Of a DNA stretch of 64,000 nucleotides, positions 39,103-49,665 are shown in pieces. The position numbers were made by a program, and so were the translations under genes. The notes beneath the pieces were generated by a model that searched no databases, was not told where the DNA came from, and saw only the letters and a list, made by a program, of their open reading frames with translations. Position 1 is the stretch's first letter. The number at the start of each line of letters is the position of its first letter. Origin of the DNA: Polyangiales bacterium (GTDB lineage Bacteria; Myxococcota_A; Polyangia; Polyangiales; Polyangiaceae); contig JBBRNJ010000040.1 in NCBI GenBank assembly GCA_038230375.1, forward strand, positions 13,167 through 77,166, in the 5' to 3' direction.

Positions 39103-39139
39103 GGTCGGCGAGCTTAGCCCGTAGTAGGCTCTTCGCACC

Positions 39140-40261
39140 ATGACACGCGCCAAGAACTTCAACGCAGGTCCCGCGGCACTTCCTCTCCAGGCGCTCGAGC
39201 GCGCGCAGAAGGAGCTCCTCGATTTCGAGGGCACCGGAATGAGCGTCATGGAGCAGTCGCACCGCGGCAAGGAGTACGAGACCGTGCACGACGAGGCCCG
39301 CGCGCAGATCGCGCGCCTCCTGGGAGCCCCCGCCGACTACGAGGTGCTCTTCCTGCAAGGCGGCGCGTCGCAACAGTTCGCCGTCATCCCGATGAACTTC
39401 CTCACCGAGAAGAGCGCGGCCGCATACGTCGTCACCGGCGTGTGGGGCGAGAAGGCCGTGGGTGAGGCGCAGATCGTCGCAAAGTCCGTGGGCGCCGAGG
39501 TGGTGGTCGCGGCCACCACGGAGGCGAACAAGACGTACGTGAAGGTGCCGGGCGACGCGCAGATCAAGGTGCCGGACGGCGCGAAGTACATGCACTTTAC
39601 ATCCAACGAGACCATCCACGGCGTGCAGTTCGCGACGGCGCCAGGGGCAGCGTTCCCGGAGCCCACGCCGCATGTCCCGGTCATCTGCGACATGTCGAGC
39701 GACTTCCTCTGGCGCAAGGTCGACGTATCGAAGTTCGACATGATCTACGCGGGCGCGCAGAAGAACATCGGCCCCAGCGGCGTCACCGTGGTGGTCGCCA
39801 AGAAATCCTTCCTGGAGAGCGGCCGCAAGGACATCCCGAAGATCTTCCAGTACCGCACGCACATAGAGAATAAATCGCTCTACAACACGCCGCCCACGTT
39901 CGGCATCTACCTGGTGCGCAACGTGCTCGCCTGGCTCGAAGAGAAGGGCGGTCTCTCCGCGATGGAGACCGAGAACCGCGCGAAGGCCGCGGCGCTCTAT
40001 GGCGCGATCGATCGCAACCCGGGCTTCTACAAGTGCCCGGTGGAGAAGGGCAGCCGCTCCTTCATGAACGTGGTCTTCCGCCTGCCCAGCGAGGAGCAAG
40101 AAGAGGCCTTCGTGAAGCGCGCGAAGTCCGCCGGCATGGTGGGGCTCAAGGGTCACCGGTCCGTCGGCGGCATCCGCGTGTCGCTCTACAACGCAGTGCC
40201 GCTCGCATGGGTGACCGAGCTCGTCACGCTGATGGACGAGTTCGCCGGCGCGTCCCCGTAA
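39140..40261 (+). CDS. serC: Phosphoserine aminotransferase
   Basis: [33 protein letters not shown]. Confidence 0.97.
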   Translation: MTRAKNFNAGPAALPLQALERAQKELLDFEGTGMSVMEQSHRGKEYETVHDEARAQIARLLGAPADYEVLFLQGGASQQFAVIPMNFLTEKSAAAYVVTGVWGEKAVGEAQIVAKSVGAEVVVAATTEANKTYVKVPGDAQIKVPDGAKYMHFTSNETIHGVQFATAPGAAFPEPTPHVPVICDMSSDFLWRKVDVSKFDMIYAGAQKNIGPSGVTVVVAKKSFLESGRKDIPKIFQYRTHIENKSLYNTPPTFGIYLVRNVLAWLEEKGGLSAMETENRAKAAALYGAIDRNPGFYKCPVEKGSRSFMNVVFRLPSEEQEEAFVKRAKSAGMVGLKGHRSVGGIRVSLYNAVPLAWVTELVTLMDEFAGASP

Positions 40262-40291
40262 GGAGAGCGTCGCGGCTCGCGGGCGCTCGGG

Positions 40292-41008
40292 TCAGAGCTG
40301 GAATCGGTACTGCGCGAAGACGCTGAGGGCGTTCGGATCGCCGCCGCCGGCCTTGTCGTCCTTGCTGAGGATCTCGTTGTTGTACTGCGTGTAGAGGTAC
40401 TCCACGCCCACGTCCACGTGTCGGCTCACGGGGATCAGCGCGCCCAGGCCGACCTGGTATGCGGACACCGTGCTGCTGACGAGATCGGTGGACGCGCCGC
40501 TCGCGTTCAGGCTGTAGGCGCCGTAGCCGAGAAGCAGGTAGGGACGAATGCGCCAGAACGGCAGCGACAAGCGCGCCGCGCCGAAGCCGCCCACGGCCAG
40601 GAACGAGCCGCTGTTCACCAGGTCGTTGCCCTCATTGTTCGTGAGCACCCCGCGCACATCGAAGGCGAGCCACGGCAGGACCTCGAGGCTCGCGCGGAGG
40701 CCCAGGTGCACGCCGCTCGAGAGAGCGCGACCGATCCCCTTGCCCGTCCCCCACGGGCCGCCTTCGGTGTAGTAGGCCGGACCGACCTCACCGCCGAACG
40801 AGAGCGCGAGACGCGAAGGGTCGCGGCCGTACGGATGCTTCCCCGCCGTCTCGTGGGACTCCGGTTCGACGCTCCCGCTGGCCGCGACGGCAGGCGGCGG
40901 CTCTGCGAACGACGACGCGCCATCCGCCAAGGCGGGGCGCGCCTGCGTGAGTGTGGCAAAGAGGCCGAACAGTGCCGCGACAGAGACCCTGACAAACCCT
41001 GCGTTCAT
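40292..41008 (-). CDS. Outer-membrane beta-barrel (OmpA/OmpW-like) protein
   Basis: Signal peptide, RPYLLLGYG, VGVEY, C-terminal AQYRFQL. Confidence 0.75.
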   Translation of the reverse strand: MNAGFVRVSVAALFGLFATLTQARPALADGASSFAEPPPAVAASGSVEPESHETAGKHPYGRDPSRLALSFGGEVGPAYYTEGGPWGTGKGIGRALSSGVHLGLRASLEVLPWLAFDVRGVLTNNEGNDLVNSGSFLAVGGFGAARLSLPFWRIRPYLLLGYGAYSLNASGASTDLVSSTVSAYQVGLGALIPVSRHVDVGVEYLYTQYNNEILSKDDKAGGGDPNALSVFAQYRFQL

Positions 41009-41063
41009 TCTCATGAAGAGACAACAGAGCAAGGACAAGGCCACATCGGTGTACGGTGGCCCG

Positions 41064-42236
41064 ATGAATCGCTCCTCCCAATGGTGTCTGGTGCTTGCAG
41101 CCATCGCCCTCACGCCCACGCTCACCTCATGCGGCTTGTTCAAGAAATCGGGCGGCGCGGCGGCAAAGGCGATCAGCTTCACCTCGTCCAACTTCGATCT
41201 GAGCGGGATGGATCTGACCGGAGCGGGCGAATTCAAGGTCAACGATCCGAACTGCACGATGAGCTCGGAGGAGCTGCTTGCGTCCTGCGGCAACGGCGCC
41301 GAGGTGCTGAAGTTCAAGCTGTTCAAGCAACCCAACGGCAGCTCGGTGGCGGTCTACGTCGCGCAGACAATTCGAATTCCGGCGGGCACCGTGCTGACGA
41401 TGCAGGGAAAAAACGCGGTCGTCCTCGTCGCGCTCGACAAGATCGAGATCGACGGTGGGCTCGTCTCTGCGGCCAGTGGTGGCGGCACGCCGGGCGCGGG
41501 CGGTCATGCGCAACAAAATGAAAACGCGCAGGGTGGCGGGCCGGGAGGCGGCGGAGCCGGAAGCGCGAGCAGCTCTGGTGGCGGCGGCTCCTACTGTGGA
41601 AAAGGCGGCGCAGGCGCGCTCGGGAAAGGGAAGTCCGGTGCTGCGGCGAAAGGCGGAGTCGTTTATGGCTCACCGGAGATCGTACCGCTGGTGGGGGGCT
41701 CGTCGGGTGGAATGGGTTCGGTGGGCGAGGCAGGTGGCGGCGGCGGTGCGCTGCAGCTCGTGGCGGGCAACGCGGTATCTGTGCAGAAGGGTGGCTACGT
41801 TCACGTCGGCGGTGGCGGCGGCAGCTTCGGCGGACAGCCTGGACAGGAGGCCGCGGGCGGTGGCAGCGGCGGGTCGATCCTGATCGAGGCGCCGCAGGTC
41901 ACCATCGCCGGCGCGCTCGCGGCCAACGGCGGTGGTGGCGGTTCGAGCAGCGCGACCGGCGGCACCCCGACCGGTGACGACGCGACACGGGACGACAAGC
42001 CGGCCGCGCCAGGCAAGGGTGTTCCCTCCGGAGGCAAGGGAGCCGCCGCAGCGGTCGTGATGGGCGCAGATGGCGTGGGGGCAACGGAGTATTCCTCGGG
42101 CGCGGGCGGCGGTGGCGCCGGTCGAATTCGGATCAACACCACGACCGGTTCCGCCACGGTGATCGGCGCGATCCTCTCTCCCAACGCGTCGACGCCCTGC
42201 ATGACACAAGGCAAGATCGCGCTTCTCGATAAGTGA
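41064..42236 (+). CDS. Glycine-rich lipoprotein
   Basis: Lipobox LTSC; GGGGGALQLVA, GGGSGGSILIEA, GGGGAGRIRI repeats. Confidence 0.8.
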   Translation: MNRSSQWCLVLAAIALTPTLTSCGLFKKSGGAAAKAISFTSSNFDLSGMDLTGAGEFKVNDPNCTMSSEELLASCGNGAEVLKFKLFKQPNGSSVAVYVAQTIRIPAGTVLTMQGKNAVVLVALDKIEIDGGLVSAASGGGTPGAGGHAQQNENAQGGGPGGGGAGSASSSGGGGSYCGKGGAGALGKGKSGAAAKGGVVYGSPEIVPLVGGSSGGMGSVGEAGGGGGALQLVAGNAVSVQKGGYVHVGGGGGSFGGQPGQEAAGGGSGGSILIEAPQVTIAGALAANGGGGGSSSATGGTPTGDDATRDDKPAAPGKGVPSGGKGAAAAVVMGADGVGATEYSSGAGGGGAGRIRINTTTGSATVIGAILSPNASTPCMTQGKIALLDK

Positions 42237-42251
42237 GCGCTCGCTCCCGGC

Positions 42252-43019
42252 TCAGGTGATCCCGCCGCTCGCTCGGATGATCTCCCCCGTCACGGCCGTG
42301 TTTGCGGCGGAGGAGAGGAAGACGATCGTTGGCACGACCTCCTCGGGCCCGAGGAGGCGACCGATCGGGGAGGCCTTTGCGCGTGCCTTCAGGAAGGCCG
42401 CGGGAACGCGCGCGGTCATGCCTTCGGTGAGCGTGAGCCCGGGCATCACGACGTTGACGAGGATTCCGGCCGGGCCGAGCTCGAGCGAGAGCGTGCGGGT
42501 GAGGCCGTGGAGGGCCGCCTTCGCCGCGCCGTACGCTCCCGCGCCAGGCATGCCGTCGACCGCGATGCCCGACGAGACGTTCACGATGCGTCCCCAGCGC
42601 TGGGCGCGCATCGACGGAAGGGCGGCCTGGATCGCGTCGTAGTGGCCCTCGACGTTCGTGCGAAGAACCGCGCGCCACTCGCCGGGAGGGAGCTTCTCGA
42701 ATAGCGGCATCTCTCGCGGTCCTCGATTTCCCCACGACACAGCATTGTTGACCAGGATATCGAGCCGACTCCATCGCTCCATGATCCGTGCGATGGCCTC
42801 GCGGATCGACGCGGTCGACCCGAGATCCAGCTTCACCGCCAGGGCATCGCCTCCGCCCTTGCGGATCGCCTTGACGACCGCGTCCGCCTTCTCCCGATGC
42901 GTGTGGTACGTGACGCCGACGCGCGCTCCCTCCCGCGCGAACGCGAGCGCCGCGGCGCGACCGATGCCCTGGGAGCTTCCCGTGACGAGCGCGACGCGCT
43001 CCTTGATGCCGAGGTCCAT
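42252..43019 (-). CDS. SDR-family oxidoreductase
   Basis: TGSSQGIG, VNNA, YGAAK. Confidence 0.93.
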   Translation of the reverse strand: MDLGIKERVALVTGSSQGIGRAAALAFAREGARVGVTYHTHREKADAVVKAIRKGGGDALAVKLDLGSTASIREAIARIMERWSRLDILVNNAVSWGNRGPREMPLFEKLPPGEWRAVLRTNVEGHYDAIQAALPSMRAQRWGRIVNVSSGIAVDGMPGAGAYGAAKAALHGLTRTLSLELGPAGILVNVVMPGLTLTEGMTARVPAAFLKARAKASPIGRLLGPEEVVPTIVFLSSAANTAVTGEIIRASGGIT

Positions 43020-43026
43020 GGCGTGG

Positions 43027-44247
43027 TCACCGACCCCCGTCGAGATCGACGGCCTTCGCCATCGCTTCGAGGCCGGCGTCGTTGCAGTGGAGGTGATCGC
43101 CGAAGTCGAAGCTCGCCTTGATGGACCTCGCGTCGGCAGGATCCCGAACGATCGCCTCGAAGTCGACGATCCCATGGGCCGCGGTATTCCCCCGCATCCA
43201 CGTGTTGATCGCCACGCGCTTGGCCTCGCCGTCGTCCGAATAGTAGGGCGCACCGAAGAGGAGCGCGTTCTTCCATGGCAGCAGCGTCCCGAGGATGACC
43301 TTGACGTTCCTCTCCTTCGCCTGCGTTGCGATAGCGGTCAGCGCCGTGGTGATGTCGTCGACGGAGGGACACTGCGATGGGACCAGCGTGCCAAAGCCGA
43401 TGTCGTTGATCCCGATGTGTACGATGACGTGGCTGACGCCGCTCTGGCCCAGGACGTCGCGAGCGAAGCGCTTCCGCACGCTCTCGCCGAGCGGCCCGTC
43501 CGCCGTGAGGCGGTTGCCAGCAAGTCCCGCGTTGCCGATGCCCACTCCTCGCGCGCCCGCTGAAAACCGCCTGGCAAGGTGGTTCGTGAATCGCTGATTG
43601 GCGTCCAGGGTCGAGCCGAAGCCATCCATGTTCGAGTCGCCGACCACGACGACGACGCTCGTGGGCTCGCGGCGGTACACGTCGACGCCAGTCACCCAGT
43701 GATAGGCCGTGGTGGTCCCGGGCGCGCGCGCGAGAGGAGCCATGGTCGAGGCGTGGAGCAGGTTGCCCTCACCGATGAAGCTGGTTTGCATCCCGAACTG
43801 GTGCCACGTTCGCGCAGGAGTCTCCGCTTTCACGAACACGCTGACCGCGAGGGTCGTATTCGGCGGGATGGCCATGGTCACGGCGTCCGACCACACCTCG
43901 GCCCCGGGCGCGACGGTGAACGTCTGCGCGCCATCGACGCTGAGCGTACGGTCGCTCGCGGCGTCGGTCTCCGCGGCGGTCCTCGCGATGGCCACGTGCG
44001 CCCCGTCGATCACCAGCGGCGCGGTGCCGTAGACGTTCGAGAGCCGAACGCGCAGCTGCTCGCCGCCGATCGAGGTCCGCACGATGTGTCGCAGCGTCGT
44101 GTTGGTGAACAAGAGCGGCGGCGGCAGGCCTGCCGGCCCAGGCGTCGCGTAGTCCGTCGGAGCAACAGACCACGTCGTATACGGCTTGAGCGGCAGCTTC
44201 GCATCGTGGTCGTGTGCCGAAAGATCCGGCTTCCTCGTGATGTTCAT
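43027..44247 (-). CDS. SGNH/GDSL hydrolase
   Basis: GDSN, GLAGN, GIND, DHLH. Confidence 0.92.
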   Translation of the reverse strand: MNITRKPDLSAHDHDAKLPLKPYTTWSVAPTDYATPGPAGLPPPLLFTNTTLRHIVRTSIGGEQLRVRLSNVYGTAPLVIDGAHVAIARTAAETDAASDRTLSVDGAQTFTVAPGAEVWSDAVTMAIPPNTTLAVSVFVKAETPARTWHQFGMQTSFIGEGNLLHASTMAPLARAPGTTTAYHWVTGVDVYRREPTSVVVVVGDSNMDGFGSTLDANQRFTNHLARRFSAGARGVGIGNAGLAGNRLTADGPLGESVRKRFARDVLGQSGVSHVIVHIGINDIGFGTLVPSQCPSVDDITTALTAIATQAKERNVKVILGTLLPWKNALLFGAPYYSDDGEAKRVAINTWMRGNTAAHGIVDFEAIVRDPADARSIKASFDFGDHLHCNDAGLEAMAKAVDLDGGR

Positions 44248-44356
44248 GGCTCCTTCATAACCGGCCCTCGTAGGCGGCGATTGGAGCAAGCGGACATTTG
44301 TCGCCGTGGTGTGGGTCGGCTTGCCGCTGTCGTGATCGCGTGCAAGGGTGAGAGCG

Positions 44357-45160
44357 ATGGATCTCCCGATGAAGACGGCGGCGCCTGTGCTTCCTGAGCT
44401 AGCGAAGCTCGTAGAAGTGGTTCACGTCGTCGGTCCGACCTCGGGAAAGCCGCTCATGACCGAGCGCCTCCCGGATGGCTCGATGAGCCTGCTCTTCCGT
44501 CTCACGGCGGGGAGGGCTGACTCCTCGCCGTCGTCGCGCGTGGGCGAGCTCATCATCGCCGGGCCGCGAACACATGTATTCTACAACATCATTCCGGACG
44601 TACTGTTCGCCCTCTATGTCCGCTTCCGTCCGGGTTGTGGCGGGCCGTTCGTGGGCGTCTCGGCGAACGAGCTCATCGACACCGCCGCGGGCATCGACGA
44701 CGTGTGGGGCAAGGATGGTCTCGACCTCCGCGATCGGATCCTTGCGGCCGCCGGTCCCAGCGAGATGCTCGACGTGCTACAGCGTGGACTCGCGGCGCGT
44801 GCTCGCCTCACGCTCGAGTCATCGTCCGAGCTGCTCGCGAGGCGGGCGGTGCGCCTCCTCGAGTCCAGTCCGCCATCACTCCGGATCGAGGAGTTGGCGG
44901 CGAAGCTTGGAGCGAGTACGCGTCATCTTCGCCGGACGTTCGCTGCGGCGGTCGGGGTGAGCCCGCGCGCGTTCGTACGAACCGTCCGTCTGCGACGCGC
45001 GATCGAGGCAGCCACGTCGGAGTCGAGCTTCACGAAGATCGCGCTGATGGCGGGCTACTACGACCAGGCGCACATGAACGCCGACTTCCGCGATCTCCTC
45101 GACGCCACACCGCGCGACTTCGTCCGTTCGCGACGTCCTGCCCTGGTCGCGAAGAGGTGA
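44357..45160 (+). CDS. AraC-family transcriptional regulator
   Basis: LPDG N-terminal motif; STRHLRRTF, AGYYDQAH; divergent from the hydrolase/SDR pair. Confidence 0.92.
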   Translation: MDLPMKTAAPVLPELAKLVEVVHVVGPTSGKPLMTERLPDGSMSLLFRLTAGRADSSPSSRVGELIIAGPRTHVFYNIIPDVLFALYVRFRPGCGGPFVGVSANELIDTAAGIDDVWGKDGLDLRDRILAAAGPSEMLDVLQRGLAARARLTLESSSELLARRAVRLLESSPPSLRIEELAAKLGASTRHLRRTFAAAVGVSPRAFVRTVRLRRAIEAATSESSFTKIALMAGYYDQAHMNADFRDLLDATPRDFVRSRRPALVAKR

Positions 45161-45166
45161 AGGGCT

Positions 45167-46450
45167 TCAGTAGCCAATCGACTGCTCCCAGAAGACGATC
45201 TGCGAATCGCGCTGCGCTACGAAGGTCACGCCGCCGTCGTGCGAGATGACGATGGCGAGTCCTGCGGGGTGATCGTTGATGAAGCGATACGCAGCGCGGT
45301 GGCGGGTGCCCACGGCCTCGATGTCCGCGCGCTCTCGCCTGGTTCCTTCGGCGTCGAGCGCGCGCCAGACTTCCTTCGGTGATGGGAGCTCCGCCGAGAC
45401 CTCGGCGCCAAACCCCTGGAGGCCGAAGCGCTTGTCGAGCACCACGGCCCCGTCGATGGCAGCCAGATTTCCGATCGCGCGGCTCCACTCGAACACGGCC
45501 TGCTCGAGCCGCTCGAGCTCGGGGCTGCTGCTCGAGACGAAGTCCGCCCAGTCGACGGACGGATTGTCCGTGGCGTTCGCGAGCGCCTCCAGGATGCCGA
45601 GAAGGAGCGTGCGATAGCGGCGCGTGGGTTCGTCTTGTTCGAATCTGTACTTCAGACGGAGTCCATCCGTGGAGTGGCCCGCGGTGGTCGGGTCGTCCCG
45701 CACGAGCATCATTCCACCGTGCTGCGCGCCCCGGATGAGCTGGATGCAGCGACGAAGCATGTGCTGTCCGATTCGCCCGACGAGCCCGTGCTCCGCATCT
45801 GTCGGTCTCGCGCTCACGGCCTGCCGCTGTGAGTGTCGAGCGCGCACCTCCTCGCGTTCGCGCGCGAACATCGCGGGGAGCCACGTGGAGTCGAACACGT
45901 CCATGGTCGCGTCGCCCAGGCCGCCGCGCTCGATCGCGCCGATGAGCTTTCCTGCACAGCGAACCGCGAGCTGTCCGGGACCCGTGACGTGAATGATGGG
46001 ATCGTGGGTCCAGCTGCGCACGCTCCCGCGTCCCCCCCACGCGGGCGCCAGCCACCTTGGGCCGGAGTGCGCGATGCCCCAGATGCGCGGCGCGCCGTCC
46101 TCCACGTGCGCGCCGATGAGCGCGGTCTCGAAGGGCGCCGCAGGAGCGAGTCGCCGCAGCTCGTCGGCGTGCAGCGGCCTCGCGCGATCGAACATGAGCC
46201 TGAGGACCTCGCGGTTCGGCTCGCCGTCGACGGGGAGGCTCTCGGGGTGCGTGAGCAGCAACCGGAAGCGCGTTGGCCGTGCCTCCTCGGTCGTCATGGA
46301 TGCCTGATACGACGCAGCGAGCGCCTCTTCGAGCAGGTCGATCGGAACCGTCAGCGGCGAGTCCGATGGCCAGTGCGACGTGACGAAGCGCACCAGATCC
46401 GGCGGATACGCACGAACGCGGGTCTTGCAGTGGTCGGTGTCTTCCTTCAT
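45167..46450 (-). CDS. Diadenylate cyclase (DisA_N/DAC domain) with N-terminal putative sensor domain
   Basis: AIDGAVVL, GTRHRAA, VISHDG motifs; no TM segment. Confidence 0.8.
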   Translation of the reverse strand: MKEDTDHCKTRVRAYPPDLVRFVTSHWPSDSPLTVPIDLLEEALAASYQASMTTEEARPTRFRLLLTHPESLPVDGEPNREVLRLMFDRARPLHADELRRLAPAAPFETALIGAHVEDGAPRIWGIAHSGPRWLAPAWGGRGSVRSWTHDPIIHVTGPGQLAVRCAGKLIGAIERGGLGDATMDVFDSTWLPAMFAREREEVRARHSQRQAVSARPTDAEHGLVGRIGQHMLRRCIQLIRGAQHGGMMLVRDDPTTAGHSTDGLRLKYRFEQDEPTRRYRTLLLGILEALANATDNPSVDWADFVSSSSPELERLEQAVFEWSRAIGNLAAIDGAVVLDKRFGLQGFGAEVSAELPSPKEVWRALDAEGTRRERADIEAVGTRHRAAYRFINDHPAGLAIVISHDGGVTFVAQRDSQIVFWEQSIGY

Positions 46451-46959
46451 CGGGAGATCGCGCAGGCCTTCGCGTTGTACGTGCCGATGAAGTCGCCGGG
46501 GAAGATGCGCTGCGTGATGAAATCAGCTTCGTCCTGGGTGAGCTGTCCGCTCGCGCGCGCGCCACAGTTGCCGACCACCGTGGTGTCGGACAGATGGATG
46601 TGGAGCGTTGTGCCGCGGGAGACAGTCAGCGGGATGTGCGTCATCACCGGAATGAGCATGGACGGCGGGTCGCTCGAGGTCGGGTCCCATCCGGGAGCGA
46701 GCAGCGCGTAGGCCACTTCGCCGCCGGCGACGGCGCGGATGGTCTCGGATTCGCCGCCCGCGGCGACCGGAGACGAGAACAGCGCGGTGCTCCACCACAC
46801 CTTGTAGACCGTGGTCTGCTGCGAAGGGTCATGGCTGTCCGTGGCCACGGGGTAGTCGTTGTCCACCACTGCATACGCCGCGTCTTCCGTCTGGCACGCG
46901 CCAAGGCCGAGGGCAAAGACGCAGGGAAGGGTGAGGTTACGGAGGGTGGGGTTCTTCAT
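46447..46959 (-). CDS. Hypothetical lipoprotein
   Basis: Lipobox LGAC; stop overlaps the DAC start (ATGA). Confidence 0.8.
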   Translation of the reverse strand: MKNPTLRNLTLPCVFALGLGACQTEDAAYAVVDNDYPVATDSHDPSQQTTVYKVWWSTALFSSPVAAGGESETIRAVAGGEVAYALLAPGWDPTSSDPPSMLIPVMTHIPLTVSRGTTLHIHLSDTTVVGNCGARASGQLTQDEADFITQRIFPGDFIGTYNAKACAISR

Positions 46960-46962
46960 CGT

Positions 46963-49524
46963 TCAGTCCAGGAAGATCGTGCCCATGACACGGACGGTGA
47001 AGGGGTACGCGGGCGTGTAGTTCACCTCGTCGCAGCCATAGAAGTTGCCGTTCGCGCCGCCGCCCGCAGGATTCGTGGCGAGGCGCGCGTTGTTGCCGCA
47101 CGAGAAGCCCGCAGGGACCGGCTTGCCGATGCCCGGCTCCGTGCGCAGCCGGCTGGTCGTGTCGAACTGCGCGGCGCGGAACTGCCCGTTGAACAGGTTC
47201 TCGATGTCGAACGCGATATCGAAGCGGCGATGCCTGTATCCTGCATGTAAATCGAACTGGGTGAACCCGGGCGCAACGATCTGGCCGTCGTCCGACGCAG
47301 GCCGATCACCGATGCCGTAGAAGAGGAGCCCGCCGCGGAAGATGCCCGGGACGGGACCGATGGTGTGGCGCGCGGACATGCCGCCGGACCACGTCTGCTT
47401 GGGCGCAAGCGCAAGGCCGCCGCCGTTCTCGTGGTCGGCTGTGAACTGCGAGTGCGTGAACGTGATGTCGCCGTCGGCCGAGAGCCAAGGCAGGAGCTCG
47501 TAGCGGGCCTCGAACTCGGCGCCGTATCGGTTCGTCGCCCCGCCCACATTCGTGGTGCCGTCGTCGCCGTTCCACGTGGTCTCGTTGGCAAGGTCCAGGT
47601 TCCACAGCGCGGCGGCGACGTCCAGCTTACGGAGCAGGCGAGCGCGCGCGCCGAGCTCCTCACCGCGCGCGCGGGTCAGCGGCGTGACCGCGGGGCTGCT
47701 GAAGACACCGCGCACGTCGTTGGAGTGGAAGCCCTCGCCGTAGTTGGCGTACACGTCGAGCTCGTAGTTGCGCTCCGCGATGGGCGTGACCACCGCGCTC
47801 GCCTTGGGGGAGAACTGGTGTGCGCTGTCAGTGCCGCTCCTCGGGTTCTGGGCATCGGTGGAGCCCGTGAGCGCGTTGTCCACCGCGAACGAGAGCATGT
47901 CCGCGCGACCGCCGGCGTTGAGGCGCAGCCACTTCGCGGGCGTCACCTCTTCGCTGACGTACGCGCCGATGAGGGTCTCGTGCACGTTGTTGCCCCGGAG
48001 CTGATTGAGCTGGTTGCGCTGCGCGGTGTGCCAGAGCTCCTCGTGGATGTCGTCCGAGCGGGTGTCGGCGCCGATGGTGGTGTCGAAGCGAACCCCGCGC
48101 AGCTGATGCACCACGCGGTAGCTCACCTTGCCGCCATAGAACGTGCGGCGATCGACCTGCTCGATCTCGTCGCCGTTGTTCGGGTCCTTCAGGAACAGCG
48201 TGAAGTTGGAGAACAGGTTGAAGCGGTACGTACCGACGTACGCCAGCGCCGTGACCTCGCTGTTCTCGCTCGGGCGAAACTTGTAGGATGCAAATAGTTG
48301 GTGACGCGCGGTGCTGCCGCCTTCGTTCGGGTCGATGGATCCGAACCGGCCGATCTGTCCGCGCTCCACGGCCCGCCCTGGGATCTGGCCGGAGCCGTGC
48401 CACTCTCCCCCGTACGACGACTCACCGATCGAGAAGCTCGATGTCGGGGACACCTGGTAGGTGACCTTGTTCCAGAGCTTGTACTTGTCCCAGTTCTCGG
48501 GGTTGTCGAACGGGCCGTTCTGGCGGCCGATCTCCGCGGCGAACGTGGTCTTCACGTTGTCCCATTTCGGCGTGGCGACGAGCAGCCCGCGGTAGGCCGG
48601 CGCACCGTAGCCCGGGGAGCTGCCCGCGCCGAAGCCGACAGACGAGTGCTCGAAGTTGTCGCGCGTGACCAGGTTCACGGAGCCGGCCGTGGCGAAGTCG
48701 CCCTGGTTCGCGAAGTAAGGCCCCTTCGTGATCTCCACGCGCTCGACGGTCTCCGGAATGATGAAGTTCGTGTCCGAGAATCCCTGACCGTGCGCATGCG
48801 ACACCATGTTGATCGGGATGCCGTCGATGCTGAGCGCGAGGTCCGTGCCATGGTCGGCGTCGAAGCCGCGCAGGAAGTACTGGTTCGCCTTGCCGCCGCC
48901 CGAGTGCTGCACGAGCACGAGGCCCGGCGTCACGCGAAGGATGTCCTGCACGGAGCCGATCGGGCGGAGCTGGAACTCGCGATCGCGCACGGACGTGGAC
49001 GACGCAGCGCTGAGCGGCTTGCGCCCCAGGACCAGCGTGGAGTCTCCATTGTCCTGCGTCTGCGGCGGCGGCTCGGGCGTGGGAGGTGGCGGCGTTGGCG
49101 CTGGCGGCGTGGCGGTCGTTGCGCTCGCGAGCCTGAACGGGATCGACAGGGATACCGTGGAGCGGATCGGGGTATCGCCGCGGCGCGCGGGCGTGAAGGT
49201 CCACGCCTTCACGGCGGTCAGCGCGGCGGCATCGAATTCGGGGCCCGCTGACTGCGCGACACGTGCATCGGACACGTGCCCTGCCTCGTCGATCGTGATC
49301 TCCACGCCGACGTCGCCCTCGCGCTTCTCCGAGAGCGCGCGCGGCGGATACACGGGCTCGGGGTGGTCACCGAGTGAGGGCGGCGTGACCTGTTGCTCCT
49401 CGACTGTGGGCGTCGTGCCGTCGGTGGGGCCCGCTGCGTGAGCCAGAGGCGCATGGAAGACAGCCGATGCTGCGCATCCAAGGCAGAGCAGCAACGACGA
49501 TCGGCGGCCGATCAGGTTTCCCAT
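46963..49524 (-). CDS. TonB-dependent receptor with fused N-terminal TonB C-terminal domain
   Basis: YP...EGDVGVEITIDEAG...AVKAWTFTPA; plug LRGFDADHG, VERVEITKGP; barrel NLFN; start may be 49548. Confidence 0.93.
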   Translation of the reverse strand: MGNLIGRRSSLLLCLGCAASAVFHAPLAHAAGPTDGTTPTVEEQQVTPPSLGDHPEPVYPPRALSEKREGDVGVEITIDEAGHVSDARVAQSAGPEFDAAALTAVKAWTFTPARRGDTPIRSTVSLSIPFRLASATTATPPAPTPPPPTPEPPPQTQDNGDSTLVLGRKPLSAASSTSVRDREFQLRPIGSVQDILRVTPGLVLVQHSGGGKANQYFLRGFDADHGTDLALSIDGIPINMVSHAHGQGFSDTNFIIPETVERVEITKGPYFANQGDFATAGSVNLVTRDNFEHSSVGFGAGSSPGYGAPAYRGLLVATPKWDNVKTTFAAEIGRQNGPFDNPENWDKYKLWNKVTYQVSPTSSFSIGESSYGGEWHGSGQIPGRAVERGQIGRFGSIDPNEGGSTARHQLFASYKFRPSENSEVTALAYVGTYRFNLFSNFTLFLKDPNNGDEIEQVDRRTFYGGKVSYRVVHQLRGVRFDTTIGADTRSDDIHEELWHTAQRNQLNQLRGNNVHETLIGAYVSEEVTPAKWLRLNAGGRADMLSFAVDNALTGSTDAQNPRSGTDSAHQFSPKASAVVTPIAERNYELDVYANYGEGFHSNDVRGVFSSPAVTPLTRARGEELGARARLLRKLDVAAALWNLDLANETTWNGDDGTTNVGGATNRYGAEFEARYELLPWLSADGDITFTHSQFTADHENGGGLALAPKQTWSGGMSARHTIGPVPGIFRGGLLFYGIGDRPASDDGQIVAPGFTQFDLHAGYRHRRFDIAFDIENLFNGQFRAAQFDTTSRLRTEPGIGKPVPAGFSCGNNARLATNPAGGGANGNFYGCDEVNYTPAYPFTVRVMGTIFLD

Positions 49525-49665
49525 GACGAACGCACGCCTCACTAGCATGCAAACGCGCAGGTTGGCCCCGCGGATCGCCGAGCGTCGTGCGGGAGATCAG
49601 GAGATGAACATGAAGGGCGCCCGGCCTGGTTCAGTTGCTGGACGAGCCGGCTGAACCGGCGCTGG

